A stretch of DNA of 63,055 bases, the filler included, from Rhabdomonas costata (Eukaryota): the NCBI GenBank assembly GCA_019059605.1. It is 55 parts of 55 records of this genome, joined end to end, with 100 filler letters (N's around TTAATTAATTAA, not from the genome) between each part and the next. Parts side by side here need not be neighbours in the genome. Positions count along the whole stretch, not along the records: positions 62,008 to 63,055 come from JAHMHO010031458.1; 54 more parts are not named here. One strand, given 5' to 3'. A program made the position numbers and the translations under genes. Position 1 is the stretch's first letter. Every line of letters begins with the position of its first letter. Positions 62,680 to 63,055 of the stretch are shown in pieces. The notes below the pieces were generated by a model. That model had not been told where the DNA came from and ran no database searches. It saw only the letters and a program-made list of their open reading frames with translations.

Positions 62680-63045
62680 CTGGAGGTACACGCGGAGCCT
62701 GCGCGGTGGCGGAACGGAGCCCGTGCTGTGGACCTCTACCCACGCCTCACAGAGCTTCGAGGCCAGCTTTGCAGAATCCACGGTTTCCACCACAGCAAGA
62801 CGCGGCACTCCCTGACACAAAAGCCACCCAAGAGAGCGAAGCGCACTTTTGGGGGTTTGGTTGCTTCGTGTGTTGGGTTGCATCCCAAACCCACCAACAG
62901 GTAAAAAAAAAGCAAAGGTCCTTAAGACGAGCTGCCCGCCCAAAAGCAAAAAGAAATACAGCGCGGAGTGACGCACCTGAATAAGCTGCTTCACTTTGTT
63001 GGACTGCAGGTGACCAATAAAGTGCCACTCGATGTTCTGAATCCC
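62680..63045 (-). CDS. PLPBP: PLP homeostasis protein YggS/PROSC, two upstream exons
   Basis: ~63045-62977 IEWHFIGHLQSNKVKQLIQ|gtgcgt and 62811-62680 GVPRLAVVETVDSAKLASKL...RLRVYLQ|gtctag. Confidence 0.95.
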
Positions 63046-63055
63046 CCCCCCCAAA

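Noticed and set aside
1..63055. rRNA, tRNA, spliced-leader RNA genes or bacterial operons
   Set aside because: I recognised none by eye. tRNAscan-SE and Infernal would be needed to exclude them.

Overview
This window is not a continuous locus. It is 55 unrelated, size-sorted contigs of about 1.04-1.05 kb, joined by an artificial N44-TTAATTAATTAA-N44 linker (stop codons in all six frames), so adjacency across linkers means nothing. The DNA comes from an intron-rich eukaryote: short exons, GT/GC-AG introns with pyrimidine tracts, TTAGGG repeats and an axonemal dynein gene. A flagellate protist, possibly a euglenid, is my inference. Most contigs start with G/T-only and end with C/A-only tails, and about 10 carry terminal fold-back hairpins, which points to whole-genome-amplified material. 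Most ORFs in the supplied track are spurious; the real genes appear only after splicing by eye. Recognisable fragments: XRN exoribonuclease, Piezo, GH38 alpha-mannosidase, PLPBP/YggS, GlnRS, DEAH helicase, EHD/sarcalumenin-like GTPase, U1A/U2B'' RRM, CASC1/DNAI7, ClpB-like AAA+, a metacaspase with a His-to-Tyr change, DUF924, sulfatase, GT47/RXYLT1-like, a receiver domain, a Cache-like sensor, a disintegrin-repeat protein, two LamG-like paralogues, ankyrin and TPR proteins, and decayed Ty3/Gypsy pieces. I found no multi-gene novel system, and none could be shown on 1 kb fragments. The best leads are a PLPBP exon inverted relative to its upstream exons, a pseudo-metacaspase, recurrent GC donors and one apparently non-canonical intron. 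All family calls come from motif recognition, not database searches.
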